From contig CAVWHO010000013.1 of assembly GCA_963754875.1 (NCBI GenBank), positions 128,001 through 192,000 of the forward strand: a stretch of 64,000 nt of DNA, given 5' to 3'. Source of the stretch: Nitrospirota bacterium. GTDB taxonomy: Bacteria; Nitrospirota; UBA9217. The notes below the pieces were generated by a model. It saw only the letters and a program-made list of their open reading frames with translations. It was not told the origin of the DNA and did not search any database. Both the position numbers and the translations under genes were made by a program. Positions 63,613 through 64,000 of the stretch are shown in pieces; the stretch's first letter is position 1, and each line of letters opens with the position of its first letter.

Positions 63613-64000
63613 TTAATCGATCTCATGAAGCTTCCCGAAGGGCTTCAGGACGACCTCGGAGAGCGCAGGATGAATGTGTATCCCTTTTGCCACGGTCCAG
63701 AGGTTGCCTTCGGCCGCCATGGCGTTCACGACTTCCTGGATCAGGACGGAGGCCTGGGGTCCGATGATGTGATAGCCCAGAACCTTCCCTGATTTTCTGT
63801 GCACAATGGCTTTGGCAAAACCCTCGGTCTCCCTCATGGCCTCGCCGCGCGCCACATCGCTGTACATTCCTTTCCCCACGAGCAGGTCCTTCTTGCCCAT
63901 GAGCTTGACGGCCTGTTCTTCCGTCAATCCGACCGACGCGATCTCGGGCCAGGAAAAAACAGCGTGCGGGACAGTCAGGTAGTTCATCCTGGATTTTTTG
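63613..64000 (-). CDS. Pyridine nucleotide-disulfide oxidoreductase (LpdA-like), C-terminal part only
   Basis: VPHAVFSWPEIASVG, HIHPALSE dimerisation-domain motif; runs off the window. Confidence 0.85.
   Translation of the reverse strand, partial: KKSRMNYLTVPHAVFSWPEIASVGLTEEQAVKLMGKKDLLVGKGMYSDVARGEAMRETEGFAKAIVHRKSGKVLGYHIIGPQASVLIQEVVNAMAAEGNLWTVAKGIHIHPALSEVVLKPFGKLHEID

Overview
This is a 64-kb bacterial chromosomal segment, moderately GC-rich. Gene content and the ihfA-merR-tRNA-Pro...surE-pcm order suggest a Nitrospirota- or Desulfobacterota-like anaerobe or microaerophile; the taxonomy is inferred. Most of the window is core metabolism: a 13-gene complex I operon with fused NuoCD (nuoA-N, minus strand), rnfCDGEAB, cytochrome bd (cydAB) with rubrerythrin and Rrf2 genes, tkt, fabF, a GH57 branching enzyme, a GlcD-like oxidase, MoxR-DUF58-transglutaminase, gcvH/lpdA, one DDE transposase element and tRNA-Pro(GGG). 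Several genes carry 1-nt indels that look like assembly errors. Main observations: (1) a pentaheme c-type cytochrome split by an in-frame UGA with a SECIS-like hairpin, i.e. a hidden ExtKL-like selenoprotein, here without its usual operon; (2) a DUF559 nuclease gene inserted between nuoCD and nuoE and bounded by inverted hairpin-plus-tail repeats whose gene-less relatives occur elsewhere in the window, a candidate nuclease/REP mobile system; (3) at least five short-repeat families occupying gene junctions of the nuo and rnf operons; (4) a DUF58 gene that can apparently start only at a non-canonical ATC overlapping the moxR stop; (5) an active plus catalytically dead L,D-transpeptidase pair, a shared TAGGA-N9-TCCTA operator, and three probable leaderless genes.
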